Part shown: positions 19,893 to 29,646 of the stretch, piece after piece
Position numbering within the stretch: the first letter of the stretch is position 1
Layout of the letters: each line of letters starts with the position of its first letter
NCBI GenBank assembly: GCA_903879985.1
Contig: CAIRNR010000007.1
Coordinates: 216,079 to 280,078, forward strand
From: an uncultured candidate division WWE3 bacterium
GTDB taxonomy: Bacteria > Patescibacteriota > WWE3 > UBA101185 > UBA10185
DNA length: 64,000 bases
Direction of reading: 5' to 3'
Position numbers and translations under genes: made by a program
Notes under the pieces: generated by a model
Database searches by the model: none
Seen by the model: only the letters and a program-made list of their open reading frames with translations
Told to the model about the DNA's origin: nothing

Positions 19893-20640
19893 GTTTTGCT
19901 AAAAGAGATTGAGCTTCTCTCTTACGGTCTTTTAAAATGCCACGCTCATCGGGCATACTTAAAACCGATTGTACATAAAAGTTAGCCAAAATTAACTTAT
20001 TTTCTTTAGCACAAATTTCTGCAGCAGTTAAGTACAATCCAGACAGCCATATTGGCAACTTAATTTCTGCCTGATCACCCGCGGCTTCTTCGTCAACATA
20101 ACCTTCAAACAACGCTTTTTGGCCAGCAAGCACCACGTCATAAGCAGCATCGCCGTTGCCTTGTAATAACAATATGTTAGCTTTTTGATTTAAAGGCCAC
20201 GCAAGGTGCGCTTTTGAGCCTGGAAAAGACACTAAAGCCTCGTCTACAAGTGCCAAAGCTTCAGCCAACAGTTCCGCTTTTCTCGTAACATTCAACTCAA
20301 TACCTGAAAGACCTCGCAACACAGCCGCTTTATGAACCTTAGTTATTGCTAAAACCCCCTCTTCCAAATGTTGTGAACTTATAATTTGCATTGCTTTATC
20401 AACACAAACCAAAGCGGCATTTAACAAACTCAACTTATCTTCAACACCTGCTGACATCATAGAATAAGTTATGCGTAAATGTCCTAAAACGTCGACCTGA
20501 TCTTTAAAATTTCCATGTGTTTCGTCCCAATCTTCCAAGTTACTAAAAATATCCAAAGCTTCCTGCATATTGCCCTGCTCTCTTTTGAAAACAGCTTCTG
20601 CTTTTAAAGTTTCGTATTGTTCTTTTGATTGTATTTGCAT
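19885..20640 (-). CDS. Hypothetical alpha-helical protein
   Basis: 251-aa ORF, all-alpha and TPR-like in composition, with no recognisable catalytic motif. Confidence 0.45.
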   Translation of the reverse strand: MQIQSKEQYETLKAEAVFKREQGNMQEALDIFSNLEDWDETHGNFKDQVDVLGHLRITYSMMSAGVEDKLSLLNAALVCVDKAMQIISSQHLEEGVLAITKVHKAAVLRGLSGIELNVTRKAELLAEALALVDEALVSFPGSKAHLAWPLNQKANILLLQGNGDAAYDVVLAGQKALFEGYVDEEAAGDQAEIKLPIWLSGLYLTAAEICAKENKLILANFYVQSVLSMPDERGILKDRKREAQSLLAKLK

Positions 20641-20696
20641 AGCCTAATTATAGCGTATGTATACTACTGTTGACCGATTTCTGATATCCTAATCAT

Positions 20697-23267
20697 ATGC
20701 AATCAGCATATTTACTGCCCCACCAGTTCTTGCTTTGGTGGCTTGTGTGGGCACCAAAAAGAATATTTAAAGTAGCAAAAAGATTCATTATTCTTGTTAA
20801 CAACAGCGTTTCCTTTACATTAAATATCAGACTTTTGTTTACTCCTCTGTTTGGAGACTACTCACTTGTCGGTCACTTTATAGGATTTTTCATAAGAATT
20901 TTCCAAATTATCCTTGGTTTAGTATTTCTTCTTTGCTTTACAGCAATTTCTCTTGCGCTGCCGCTACTTTGGCTGGCAATTCCATATTTTATATTTAAAG
21001 AAGGCAACATTGGATTTGTATTAATTTTCTTTGGTTTACTTTATGCATCTTGGTTCTTATATCACTTAGATAAACCAATAATTACTGCGAAACAAGCAAA
21101 CAAACTAAACTGGCATTTGGCAATGAAACCAAGCACACATACATTGGTAACAAAGTTTATGCAGGAACCTAATGCCGGATTTATAAAACTATTAGCACAT
21201 CCGGCAATTATTGCGCTTTTACGCAGATCCGAGCTATTATCAAACGAATTTATTGAAAAGATAAAACAAGCGCCATTAACACAAGTTGAAAACATTGGCG
21301 AAAAGGCACTGGATATTGCGAATTCCCAAGGCACCAAATACATAGAACCTGAACACATATTTTTAGCAATAGTATTAAATCTACCCAAAGTAGATGTTTT
21401 ATTCTCGACATTTAATCAAAAACCTGAATACCTCTCCGAAGCAGCTCATTGGATTATTCACAGCCGCGAAGCATTTAATAAGTTGTTTATTTGGCAAGAC
21501 GACTACGAAATGTTAATGATAGGTGGAATTGGTAAAGGTATGATCGGACATGTAACACCTCACTTGGATTTCGTTTCCACAGATTTCACAAAGGAAGTTG
21601 AACGCGGCCATGTTAAAAGAATGATTGGACGCGAAGCCGAAATTAAAAAGATTGCGGATATTCTAAATAATGAAGGAAAACAAAACGTTTTAATAATTGG
21701 CTCACCAGGAAGTGGAAAAACATCAATTGTTAAAGGCATCGCTTACAAGGTTATCGAAGGTACTGAATACAAAGCTTTACAAGGTAAACGAATCGTCAGC
21801 TTGGAGGTTGGCGGAATAATTGAAGGATCTAAAACGGCAGGGCAGTTAGCCGAAAATGTTAATCAAATAATGGCGGAGGTTAAAAGTTCCAGAGATATCA
21901 TTTTATTTATCGATGAGATACATAACCTTGTTGCGGGCGGTGGCGATAGCAATGCAGAAATTTCTACTATCTATTCCATTCTAGAACCACACTTGGCTTC
22001 ATCGGATGTTCAATGTATTGGCGCCACCTCAATTCCAAACTTTAGAAAATTCATTGAACCAAATGGTGCTTTCACAAGGTTATTTAACATTGTAGAAATT
22101 AATGAAGCTTCAAAGGAAGACACTTTGGAAATTTTAAAAGAAAAAGCTAGGGAACTCAGCTCGAAATTTGGAGTGGTAATTACATACCCTGCTCTTCTAC
22201 GCACAATAGAATTGTCTGAAAAATTAATTCACGAAAGAGTTCTTCCCGATAAAGCCATCGATATATTAACCAGAGCCATTTCCCGCGCAAGCAGTACCGA
22301 CCGAATTGTGGACTCCGAAGATATAGCCAAAGAAATAGCTGAAATAACGCACATTCCGGTTTCAGCTATAACCCAAGACGAAGCTCAAAAACTACTAAAC
22401 ATAGATCAAGACATGAACCATATGGTAATCGGACAAGGTGAAGCAATTAAACAAGTCTCCTCGGCTCTAAAAAGGGCCCGTACAGGCATGAGAAATGAAA
22501 ACAAGCCTATTGCTAGCTTCTTGTTTGTTGGAACCACAGGAGTTGGAAAAACACAAACCGCAAAAGCCTTAGCAAAATCGTACTTTGGCGACGCAAAAAA
22601 CATGATTCGCTTGGATATGAGTGAATATCAACAACTAGACAGCATGAGCAGATTAATAGGCTCACCTGACGGTTCCACAAAAGGCATTCTTACCGAACAC
22701 GTACGAACTAAACCATTTGCCTTAATACTTTTAGATGAAGTAGAAAAAGCCCACCAAAATATTTTATTAATGTTTTTACAAGTTCTTGATGATGCACGTT
22801 TAACCGATGCTACGGGAATGGTTATTGATTTCACAAACACAATTATCATTGCCACAAGTAACGTAGGAACTCGTGCAATTCAACAGGTCTTTGCCGAACA
22901 CGGCAACTTTGATCAAATGAAGGACGCCGCGATGAAAGATGTCCGCGAAAAATTTGCTCCTGAATTTTTAAACAGGTTTTCGGGCATTATCGTATTTGAT
23001 CCCCTATCTGTAGATAGCATTCGTCAAATAACACAGCTATTACTCGAAGACGTTAGAAAAGAAGCAGAACAAAAAGGAATTAAACTCAAATTTAAAGATG
23101 AGTTAGTTGATACATTAATGAAAAAAGGTTACAACCCAGAATGGGGCGCGCGACCAATGGCACGTGTTATTGAAGACACGGTTGAAACATATTTAGCCAC
23201 AAAAATGCTATCAAAAGAAGTTCAACAAGGTTCGGAATTATATTTGGGTAATGAGGTTTTCAACTAA
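20697..23267 (+). CDS. Clp/Hsp100-family double-AAA+ ATPase with an N-terminal membrane domain
   Basis: About 140 aa encoding 3 predicted TM helices, in-frame with a Clp_N-like repeat (EKALDIANSQGTKYIEPEHIFLAIVL). D1 carries Walker A GSPGSGKTS and Walker B DEIHNL. D2 carries GTTGVGKTQ and LLDEVEKAH. There is no long M-domain and no IGF/IGL ClpP-docking tripeptide. Confidence 0.85.
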   Translation: MQSAYLLPHQFLLWWLVWAPKRIFKVAKRFIILVNNSVSFTLNIRLLFTPLFGDYSLVGHFIGFFIRIFQIILGLVFLLCFTAISLALPLLWLAIPYFIFKEGNIGFVLIFFGLLYASWFLYHLDKPIITAKQANKLNWHLAMKPSTHTLVTKFMQEPNAGFIKLLAHPAIIALLRRSELLSNEFIEKIKQAPLTQVENIGEKALDIANSQGTKYIEPEHIFLAIVLNLPKVDVLFSTFNQKPEYLSEAAHWIIHSREAFNKLFIWQDDYEMLMIGGIGKGMIGHVTPHLDFVSTDFTKEVERGHVKRMIGREAEIKKIADILNNEGKQNVLIIGSPGSGKTSIVKGIAYKVIEGTEYKALQGKRIVSLEVGGIIEGSKTAGQLAENVNQIMAEVKSSRDIILFIDEIHNLVAGGGDSNAEISTIYSILEPHLASSDVQCIGATSIPNFRKFIEPNGAFTRLFNIVEINEASKEDTLEILKEKARELSSKFGVVITYPALLRTIELSEKLIHERVLPDKAIDILTRAISRASSTDRIVDSEDIAKEIAEITHIPVSAITQDEAQKLLNIDQDMNHMVIGQGEAIKQVSSALKRARTGMRNENKPIASFLFVGTTGVGKTQTAKALAKSYFGDAKNMIRLDMSEYQQLDSMSRLIGSPDGSTKGILTEHVRTKPFALILLDEVEKAHQNILLMFLQVLDDARLTDATGMVIDFTNTIIIATSNVGTRAIQQVFAEHGNFDQMKDAAMKDVREKFAPEFLNRFSGIIVFDPLSVDSIRQITQLLLEDVRKEAEQKGIKLKFKDELVDTLMKKGYNPEWGARPMARVIEDTVETYLATKMLSKEVQQGSELYLGNEVFN

Positions 23268-23566
23268 TAATCGTACTTAACATTAAACTTGCCGGCAGCA
23301 TTAGTTTCAAAAATAACCTTTTTCAACGAACCTTTACCGTCTGTAGAGTTAATAATCTTTAAATCCAAAAGCAAAGTTTTTATGTTGTCAGGAATCGTTA
23401 AGTTTGTAGAAAAGCGTTCAAACTTGTAAACAGCTGTCGCAACAACATCAGTTTCAGAATACTCGGCTGTAAGTATTAGCTTCTCCCACTTATCCTTAAC
23501 CAAGGCAATTGTCTCTTTTAATATTGACGTGATTAGCTCGTTTGATTGATCAAAGTAGTCTGCCAT
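23264..23566 (-). CDS. Hypothetical small protein (100 aa)
   Basis: ORF convergent with and overlapping the Clp ATPase stop. No recognisable domain. Confidence 0.4.
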   Translation of the reverse strand: MADYFDQSNELITSILKETIALVKDKWEKLILTAEYSETDVVATAVYKFERFSTNLTIPDNIKTLLLDLKIINSTDGKGSLKKVIFETNAAGKFNVKYDY

Positions 23567-23610
23567 ATTCGTAAGAATAAACTACCTTTAGTGTTCGAGC
23601 AACAACAAAA

Positions 23611-24636
23611 ATGATAAAATCAGCTGATATGCTAGAAGAACACAAACAAAGACTGGAAATATTGCGAAATTCCCTTTTTATTGAGGAAAAACGCCAAAAA
23701 ATAAAAGAATTGGAGGAACGCCTTACAGATGAATCACTATGGCAAAATTGGGAAGCAGGACAAGCGGTTTCCAAAGATTTATCAGCTTTAAAAAAGGATA
23801 TTGAAGACTACGAAATGTTAGAGCTGTATTTAGAGGAAAACGAACCTGAAAGATTTGAGCAGGAAATCAAAAAACTCGAGCTTAAAACCTTTATGTCAGG
23901 TAAACGTGATAAAAATAATGCAATATTGTCTATTCATGCAGGTCAAGGTGGCACAGAAGCTATGGATTGGACCGAAAGCTTACTTCGCATGTACGTGCGC
24001 TACGCTGAAAGGAACCACTGGGATGTTGAAGAAATAAACAAAGTTCCTGGTGACGAAGCCGGTTTAAAAACCGTTTCCATTGAAATTACCGGTCGAAACG
24101 CTTATGGCTTTTTAAAAAATGAAAGTGGTGTTCACCGACTTGTTAGACAATCCCCTTTTAATGCCGATAGTTTACGACAAACATCCTTTGCCCTTGTTGA
24201 AGTAATCCCAGAGGTCGATGACAACTCCGATGAAATGGAAATAAATCCTGAGGACTTAGAATGGGACTTTTTCAGATCTGGAGGTAAGGGCGGACAAAAC
24301 GTAAATAAAGTTTCTACAGCCGTACGCTTAAAACACAAACCATCAGGAATTATCGTTGAATGTCAGGAAGAAAGATTCCAAGGCAAAAACCGCGAAAAAG
24401 CAGTAAAAATATTAAAATCCAAATTACTCGTTTTAGAAGAAGCCAGATTACTTGCTGAAAAAAAAGAAGCTAAAGGTGAATATAAAATGCCGGGTTGGGG
24501 AAACCAAATTAGAAACTATGTTTTGCATCCATACAAATTAGTTAAAGACTTGCGAACTGACATTGAAAGCACAAATCCAGAATCAGTTTTAGACGGTAAC
24601 TTGGATGAATTTATTGATGCTGAAATAAGGCTGTAA
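23611..24636 (+). CDS. prfB: Peptide chain release factor 2
   Basis: SPF tripeptide (RQSPFNAD) and GGQ motif ([11 protein letters not shown]). The ORF is continuous. CUU UUU AUU stands where the CUU UGA C frameshift site usually is. Confidence 0.95.
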   Translation: MIKSADMLEEHKQRLEILRNSLFIEEKRQKIKELEERLTDESLWQNWEAGQAVSKDLSALKKDIEDYEMLELYLEENEPERFEQEIKKLELKTFMSGKRDKNNAILSIHAGQGGTEAMDWTESLLRMYVRYAERNHWDVEEINKVPGDEAGLKTVSIEITGRNAYGFLKNESGVHRLVRQSPFNADSLRQTSFALVEVIPEVDDNSDEMEINPEDLEWDFFRSGGKGGQNVNKVSTAVRLKHKPSGIIVECQEERFQGKNREKAVKILKSKLLVLEEARLLAEKKEAKGEYKMPGWGNQIRNYVLHPYKLVKDLRTDIESTNPESVLDGNLDEFIDAEIRL

Positions 24637-24638
24637 GT

Positions 24639-24902
24639 TTAAAACTTCACGAACTTCTGAACTAGATTAAGACCAAATCCCGTATATTTCAATGTCATAA
24701 CTGCAATTATTGCGAAAGCTGTGTATCCTATATTTTTAAGTAAATCCATTTTTATTTCAGCTATTGGGAGTTTATATTTCTCATCAGGTTGTGCTTGAGT
24801 TGAAGTTGTCTGCGCTACTGCCGCCACAACATTTTGTTTAACAGCAGAAACTGCCGGTGCTATGTTATATTTAATTTGTTTCTTTTTAAGCTTCTTTGCC
24901 AT
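24639..24902 (-). CDS. Hypothetical small membrane protein
   Basis: 87-aa ORF with one C-terminal TM helix, downstream of ftsK. Confidence 0.35.
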   Translation of the reverse strand: MAKKLKKKQIKYNIAPAVSAVKQNVVAAVAQTTSTQAQPDEKYKLPIAEIKMDLLKNIGYTAFAIIAVMTLKYTGFGLNLVQKFVKF

Positions 24903-24921
24903 GTGAGTAGAATACCAGAAA

Positions 24922-27219
24922 TTACTCTAAGGAATCAACCGGAAAATCTTCTTCGGTACTTATACCTTGATTATACCCGCCACCACTACCGCCTAATAAT
25001 ATATCACGCGTTTTACTTCCGCCCATGGAATGACCAATAATTCCCTTTTCTTCCATTTCATCAATAATTCTGGCAGCACGAGCATAACCAATCGACAATT
25101 TTCTTTGTAAAAGCGACGCTGAAGCTTTTCCTGCAGTCGAAATGATTTCAACAGCTTGATCAAATAACTCATCAACGTCCTCACCCCAAGTTGCTGAACC
25201 ATTAGCACCTTTTGTGCCTTTGTTAGCGGGCATTTGTAAAATATCATCTCGGTAATCTGTAGGCATACCTTGAGATTTCAAATAATTTACCAAGTTGTTA
25301 ATTTCTTTATCCGTGATGTTTGCTACTTGTAAACGAACAGGTTTTTGTACATCAGGTGGAACAAAAAGCATGTCTCCCTTACCTAAAAGTTTTTCAGCAC
25401 CTGGTTGGTCAAGGATGACTCGGGAATCTATCTGACTTGGTACGTTAAAAGCGGCACGTGTAGGAATATTAGCTTTAATCAGTCCTGTAATAACGTTTGT
25501 AGAAGGTCTTTGAACTGCCAAAATTAAGTGTATTCCTGTAGCACGAGAAAGTTGCGCCAAACGAATAATACTTTTTTCAACACCGGCAGGATCTTGAATC
25601 ATGATTTCGGCTAACTCATCAACGACCAAAACAATATAAGGCATCACTTGAATACCCGACTTTTCATTATAAGATTCAATGTTACGCACCTTGGCCTGTT
25701 CAAATAATTTGTATCTCTTTGTCATCTCATCTACCAGCCATCTAAACACCGAGGGCGCTCTATCCATATCCGTAACGACAGGTGTCAACAAATGAGGAAT
25801 ATCTTGGTAGTAACTCAATTCAATACGCTTTGGGTCTACCAATATAAGTCTAACTTCCTGTGGGGAAGCTCTAAACAAAATAGAGAATAAAATATTGTGA
25901 ATAAATACGGACTTTCCTGAATTGGTAGCTCCTGCAATAAGCATATGTGGCATTCTCGTAATATCGTAAACGCAGGTTTTTCCACCAACGTCCTTACCAA
26001 GACCAATAGCCAGTTTTGATTTAATGTTTTTCATGGCATCAGAAGTCATGATGGATTTAAAATAAACCATAGTTCTATTTGCGTTTGGAACTTCAATACC
26101 AATGTAAGGTTTACCTGGAATTGGCGCTTCTATTCTTACCGAACCTGTCGGAGAAGCTAAAGCCATGGCCAAGTCCTCATGCAAACTGGCGATTTTAGAT
26201 ACTTTTGTTACAGATTTAGTTAACAATGAATATTGTGTAACAGAAGAACCAACCAATGGTGGCACCATTATTTCAACATCAATTCCAAAAGAGCGTAAGG
26301 AATCTTTAATAATTTTAGATTTCTTTTCGGCCTCGCTTGTATCATGAACCTCAACAGGAGGCTCAATAAGTAAATCAAGAGGTGGTTCTTGCCATATTTT
26401 ATCAGGAGGAAGTCGCATAAATTCCAAAGGCGCAATCGAGCCTGATGGAGCTAATGTTGAAACAGTGTTATCTATTCTTGGCATATTTGACGAGAACTGA
26501 GGCTCTGATGGTGAAGGAATGACTTCAAAGTTCGCACCGGAATCTTCTTTAGCTGAAGAGAAAGTTGAGGTTGCTGGAGGACTCGTTGAGTCGTATGACG
26601 TTGACATACCTGACGTAATGCTTATATCGTCAGTATCATTTAGTACAGCACCTTTATCTTTTTTCAAAAAATTAAATTTACTTAAATCAATGTTGGCCGT
26701 AACTTTGGAAAAAAATTCGGCAATTTGCTCAAACGACATATCGAAAAGTAAAAATACAGCAATAAAAAGCACGATAAACAAAACAATAACTGCCCCATAA
26801 ATACTAATTGCACCGGTGAGCATACTAGAGATAGAATATCCAACCATTCCCCCACCCATGCCTTTTTCGGCTAAGGTATAAGCACTACTCGCAGGAGTAA
26901 ATACATGCAATAGACTTGCTAAACCAAGCAAAAGCATAGTTAACCCTGCAACCACGCGGGGTTCCTTGATTTTCATTTTAAGACTGGGAATAAAGAGTAA
27001 ACCAAAAATACCAATTAAAAATGGCAAAAATATCGCTGCACCGCCAAAATAACCTTTTAGTAAATGTTGTACTTGCGCGTTTAGTGCGTAGTTTGGCACA
27101 AAAAAGGATAATAAGCTGAGTAAAGCAAACAAAATCAAGCCTAAAGCTAGTAATGTTCTTGTAGTTTCGGGTTTTAAGCTGAAATTAACCTTAAATTTCT
27201 TTTTTCGTCCTCTTGGCAT
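24922..27219 (-). CDS. ftsK: DNA translocase FtsK/SpoIIIE
   Basis: N-terminal 4-TM domain, a linker, and the motor domain (IAGATNSGKSVFIHNILFSIL, LVVDELAEIM, C-terminal gamma wHTH). Confidence 0.93.
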   Translation of the reverse strand: MPRGRKKKFKVNFSLKPETTRTLLALGLILFALLSLLSFFVPNYALNAQVQHLLKGYFGGAAIFLPFLIGIFGLLFIPSLKMKIKEPRVVAGLTMLLLGLASLLHVFTPASSAYTLAEKGMGGGMVGYSISSMLTGAISIYGAVIVLFIVLFIAVFLLFDMSFEQIAEFFSKVTANIDLSKFNFLKKDKGAVLNDTDDISITSGMSTSYDSTSPPATSTFSSAKEDSGANFEVIPSPSEPQFSSNMPRIDNTVSTLAPSGSIAPLEFMRLPPDKIWQEPPLDLLIEPPVEVHDTSEAEKKSKIIKDSLRSFGIDVEIMVPPLVGSSVTQYSLLTKSVTKVSKIASLHEDLAMALASPTGSVRIEAPIPGKPYIGIEVPNANRTMVYFKSIMTSDAMKNIKSKLAIGLGKDVGGKTCVYDITRMPHMLIAGATNSGKSVFIHNILFSILFRASPQEVRLILVDPKRIELSYYQDIPHLLTPVVTDMDRAPSVFRWLVDEMTKRYKLFEQAKVRNIESYNEKSGIQVMPYIVLVVDELAEIMIQDPAGVEKSIIRLAQLSRATGIHLILAVQRPSTNVITGLIKANIPTRAAFNVPSQIDSRVILDQPGAEKLLGKGDMLFVPPDVQKPVRLQVANITDKEINNLVNYLKSQGMPTDYRDDILQMPANKGTKGANGSATWGEDVDELFDQAVEIISTAGKASASLLQRKLSIGYARAARIIDEMEEKGIIGHSMGGSKTRDILLGGSGGGYNQGISTEEDFPVDSLE

Positions 27220-27289
27220 TGGTACTATTCTATCAATTTCACTGCAACACCGCTACTCCGATATTTCGGAGCGCGCGTGCTACAAAGGT

Positions 27290-29002
27290 TTATACAGTAA
27301 TAGAATGTACAATGACCAATGGTGCTTTTGAGGTTTCTTTTCTCAAAAAGTATTCAATTTCGGTTTCAAGCTTTCGCTTAAGCGCTGGCCAATCTTTATT
27401 TTTACCAACATTCTTTTCGACATTCTTCTCAACTTCTTTGGTAATAAACTTTCTGGACTTATCCATTAGTTCTTGTGAACCTTTAACATAAATGAAACCT
27501 CTAGTTACAACATCAACTTTACTTGCAAGTAACTCACCTGTGGAAGTCATTGGTAACACAACCACGAACACTCCGTCTGTCGAAAGTAAGTCGCGATCTT
27601 TTATAACAACTGGGTTTATTTCATTAGTCTTGTCAGCGTCGATGTAAACCGGTTGAGTATTTATTCTTGTACCTTTTTTGGCGTTTCCATTTAAGAATTC
27701 TGTGACGTCACCCTCCATGCATTCAAACACCCGCCTTTTATCAACACCCAAATCTCCAACCATATTAGTGTAAGCTCTCATACGAGTTATAGTTCCACCA
27801 ATAGGAATAAAGAATTTTGGTTTAACAATTGCTGCTATTGTCATTAAGTCCCCTCTAGTACCATGACCCGAGACGTGTAAGTTATCCTGAATTTTAGAAT
27901 AGATAACTTCAGCACCGGCAAGAGTTAACAATGACATCAATTTTTCAACATCGTCGGCTACTCCAGGAGGATTTGGATCAGCTGAAAAGATTACCATAGC
28001 ATCTTTTTCGATATCTATATTTTTATGTTCACCACGAGCAACCCGTGAAAGTGCCGAACCTTCTTGTCCGTAACAACCGGCTATTATGTAAACCAAATCA
28101 CCTTGAAGATATCTTGAAGCATCTTCTTCGGGGACAAATAAATTGTTATCAAATGGTAAGTAACCAAGTTTTCTACCAACGTTTACACTTTGTTCAATGG
28201 AACGACCACTAATAACAACACGTCGACCATGTTTTTGAGCTGCAGAAATAAGTTGATGCATTCTAGATAAGTTAGACGATATTGTTGTAACAAATACCTG
28301 GCGTTTCACAGCACTTTCAAACAGATTAAAGAATGTGTCGTTAAGCGAGCTTTCGGATTTAGAATAACCCTCTGTGGTTACGTTTAAACAGTCTGATAGT
28401 AAGCACACAACGCCTTCCTTTGCGTATCCGGCAATCTTAACGATATCAATTGGTTTATCTAAAACAGGCGTCCAGTCTATTTTAAAGTCTTGCATGTGTA
28501 AAGCAGTTCCCTGTGGAGTTTTAATTGCTAATCCAAATGAAGATGGAACTGAGTGATTAATACCAAAAGCCTCAACTTTAAAAGATGTACCCAATGTAAC
28601 AGGGCCACTATCTGGTGAAATAATATGGAATCGTGCCTTTTCAGCTAAATGCTTAAATGGCTTTTCGTTTAATCTTTCGGATAAAAATCCTTGGACTAAC
28701 TTACTTGTATAAATCGGAACATCTAATTGATCCAATAAGAACGGAACCGCTCCTAAATGATCTTCATGTCCGTGAGATACAAATAGTCCTCTAATCTTAT
28801 GAGAATTTTCTAAAACGTAAGTGAAGTCAGGGATGACGACATTAACGCCCAGTAAATCTGCATCTGGAAATCCAATACCGCAGTCAACGATAATAATATC
28901 GTCGCCGTATTCGTATAACGTCATGTTTTTTGTGACGCTTTCTGTACCACTCAAAGTAATAATTTTTAAGGGTGTTTCTTTGTTTGTATTCAAAAAATTC
29001 AT
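27290..29002 (-). CDS. rnj: Ribonuclease J (metallo-beta-lactamase/beta-CASP RNase)
   Basis: HGHEDHLGAVP motif, beta-CASP region, and a C-terminal domain, about 570 aa. Confidence 0.92.
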   Translation of the reverse strand: MNFLNTNKETPLKIITLSGTESVTKNMTLYEYGDDIIIVDCGIGFPDADLLGVNVVIPDFTYVLENSHKIRGLFVSHGHEDHLGAVPFLLDQLDVPIYTSKLVQGFLSERLNEKPFKHLAEKARFHIISPDSGPVTLGTSFKVEAFGINHSVPSSFGLAIKTPQGTALHMQDFKIDWTPVLDKPIDIVKIAGYAKEGVVCLLSDCLNVTTEGYSKSESSLNDTFFNLFESAVKRQVFVTTISSNLSRMHQLISAAQKHGRRVVISGRSIEQSVNVGRKLGYLPFDNNLFVPEEDASRYLQGDLVYIIAGCYGQEGSALSRVARGEHKNIDIEKDAMVIFSADPNPPGVADDVEKLMSLLTLAGAEVIYSKIQDNLHVSGHGTRGDLMTIAAIVKPKFFIPIGGTITRMRAYTNMVGDLGVDKRRVFECMEGDVTEFLNGNAKKGTRINTQPVYIDADKTNEINPVVIKDRDLLSTDGVFVVVLPMTSTGELLASKVDVVTRGFIYVKGSQELMDKSRKFITKEVEKNVEKNVGKNKDWPALKRKLETEIEYFLRKETSKAPLVIVHSITV

Positions 29003-29013
29003 ATGTTTTTGTG

Positions 29014-29637
29014 TTAGAAACTCAAGCCCAACTGCCCATTTTGATCTTGTGTGTTCTCAATTTTTTCTAAATTACCTTTCTTAACTAATTCAATTATACG
29101 GGGAATCCTTAAAAAGTCATCTTTAAAATCCTTCATCATCGTTGGATTCCTTAGGGCGGCTGCCGGATGATAAACAGGATATACGTTATACAAATCTGTT
29201 TTTAACATGTGACCACGATCTCTCGAAATTTTTCCTTCGGGATAAAAGTAGCTCATGGAAAAGCGACCTAAAGTTACAATTAAAAGCGGCGCAATAGCTT
29301 TAAGTTGTAATGCCAAGTAAGGTTCGCACGCAGATATTTCATCTGGCAAAGGATCGCGGTTTTCAGGTGGACGATGTTTGATAATATTTCCTATCCAAAC
29401 ATCAGCACGCTGTAAACCAATTTCTGCAAGTGATGCTTCTAAAAGTTTTCCGGCACGACCAACAAACGGGCGACCTGTTAAATCTTCAGTTTCACCTGGA
29501 GCTTCACCAATAAAAACTATCTCAGCGTTTATATTTCCTTCTCCGGGAACTGCATTCTTTGCCATTTCGCACAAACGACACTTTTTGCAACTTTTAACGT
29601 TTATTTCTATTTGTTTTAGAAATGTTTCTTTGTCCAT
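29014..29637 (-). CDS. Uracil-DNA glycosylase, family 4 (Fe-S type)
   Basis: CKKCRLC...GEGNINAEIVFIGEAPGETEDLTGRPFVGRAGKLL...HRPPENRDP. Confidence 0.88.
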   Translation of the reverse strand: MDKETFLKQIEINVKSCKKCRLCEMAKNAVPGEGNINAEIVFIGEAPGETEDLTGRPFVGRAGKLLEASLAEIGLQRADVWIGNIIKHRPPENRDPLPDEISACEPYLALQLKAIAPLLIVTLGRFSMSYFYPEGKISRDRGHMLKTDLYNVYPVYHPAAALRNPTMMKDFKDDFLRIPRIIELVKKGNLEKIENTQDQNGQLGLSF

Positions 29638-29646
29638 ATCAATGCA

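Noticed and set aside
23611-24636. Programmed +1 frameshift in prfB
   Set aside because: The ORF is continuous from the first ATG and no in-frame UGA occurs at the canonical position.
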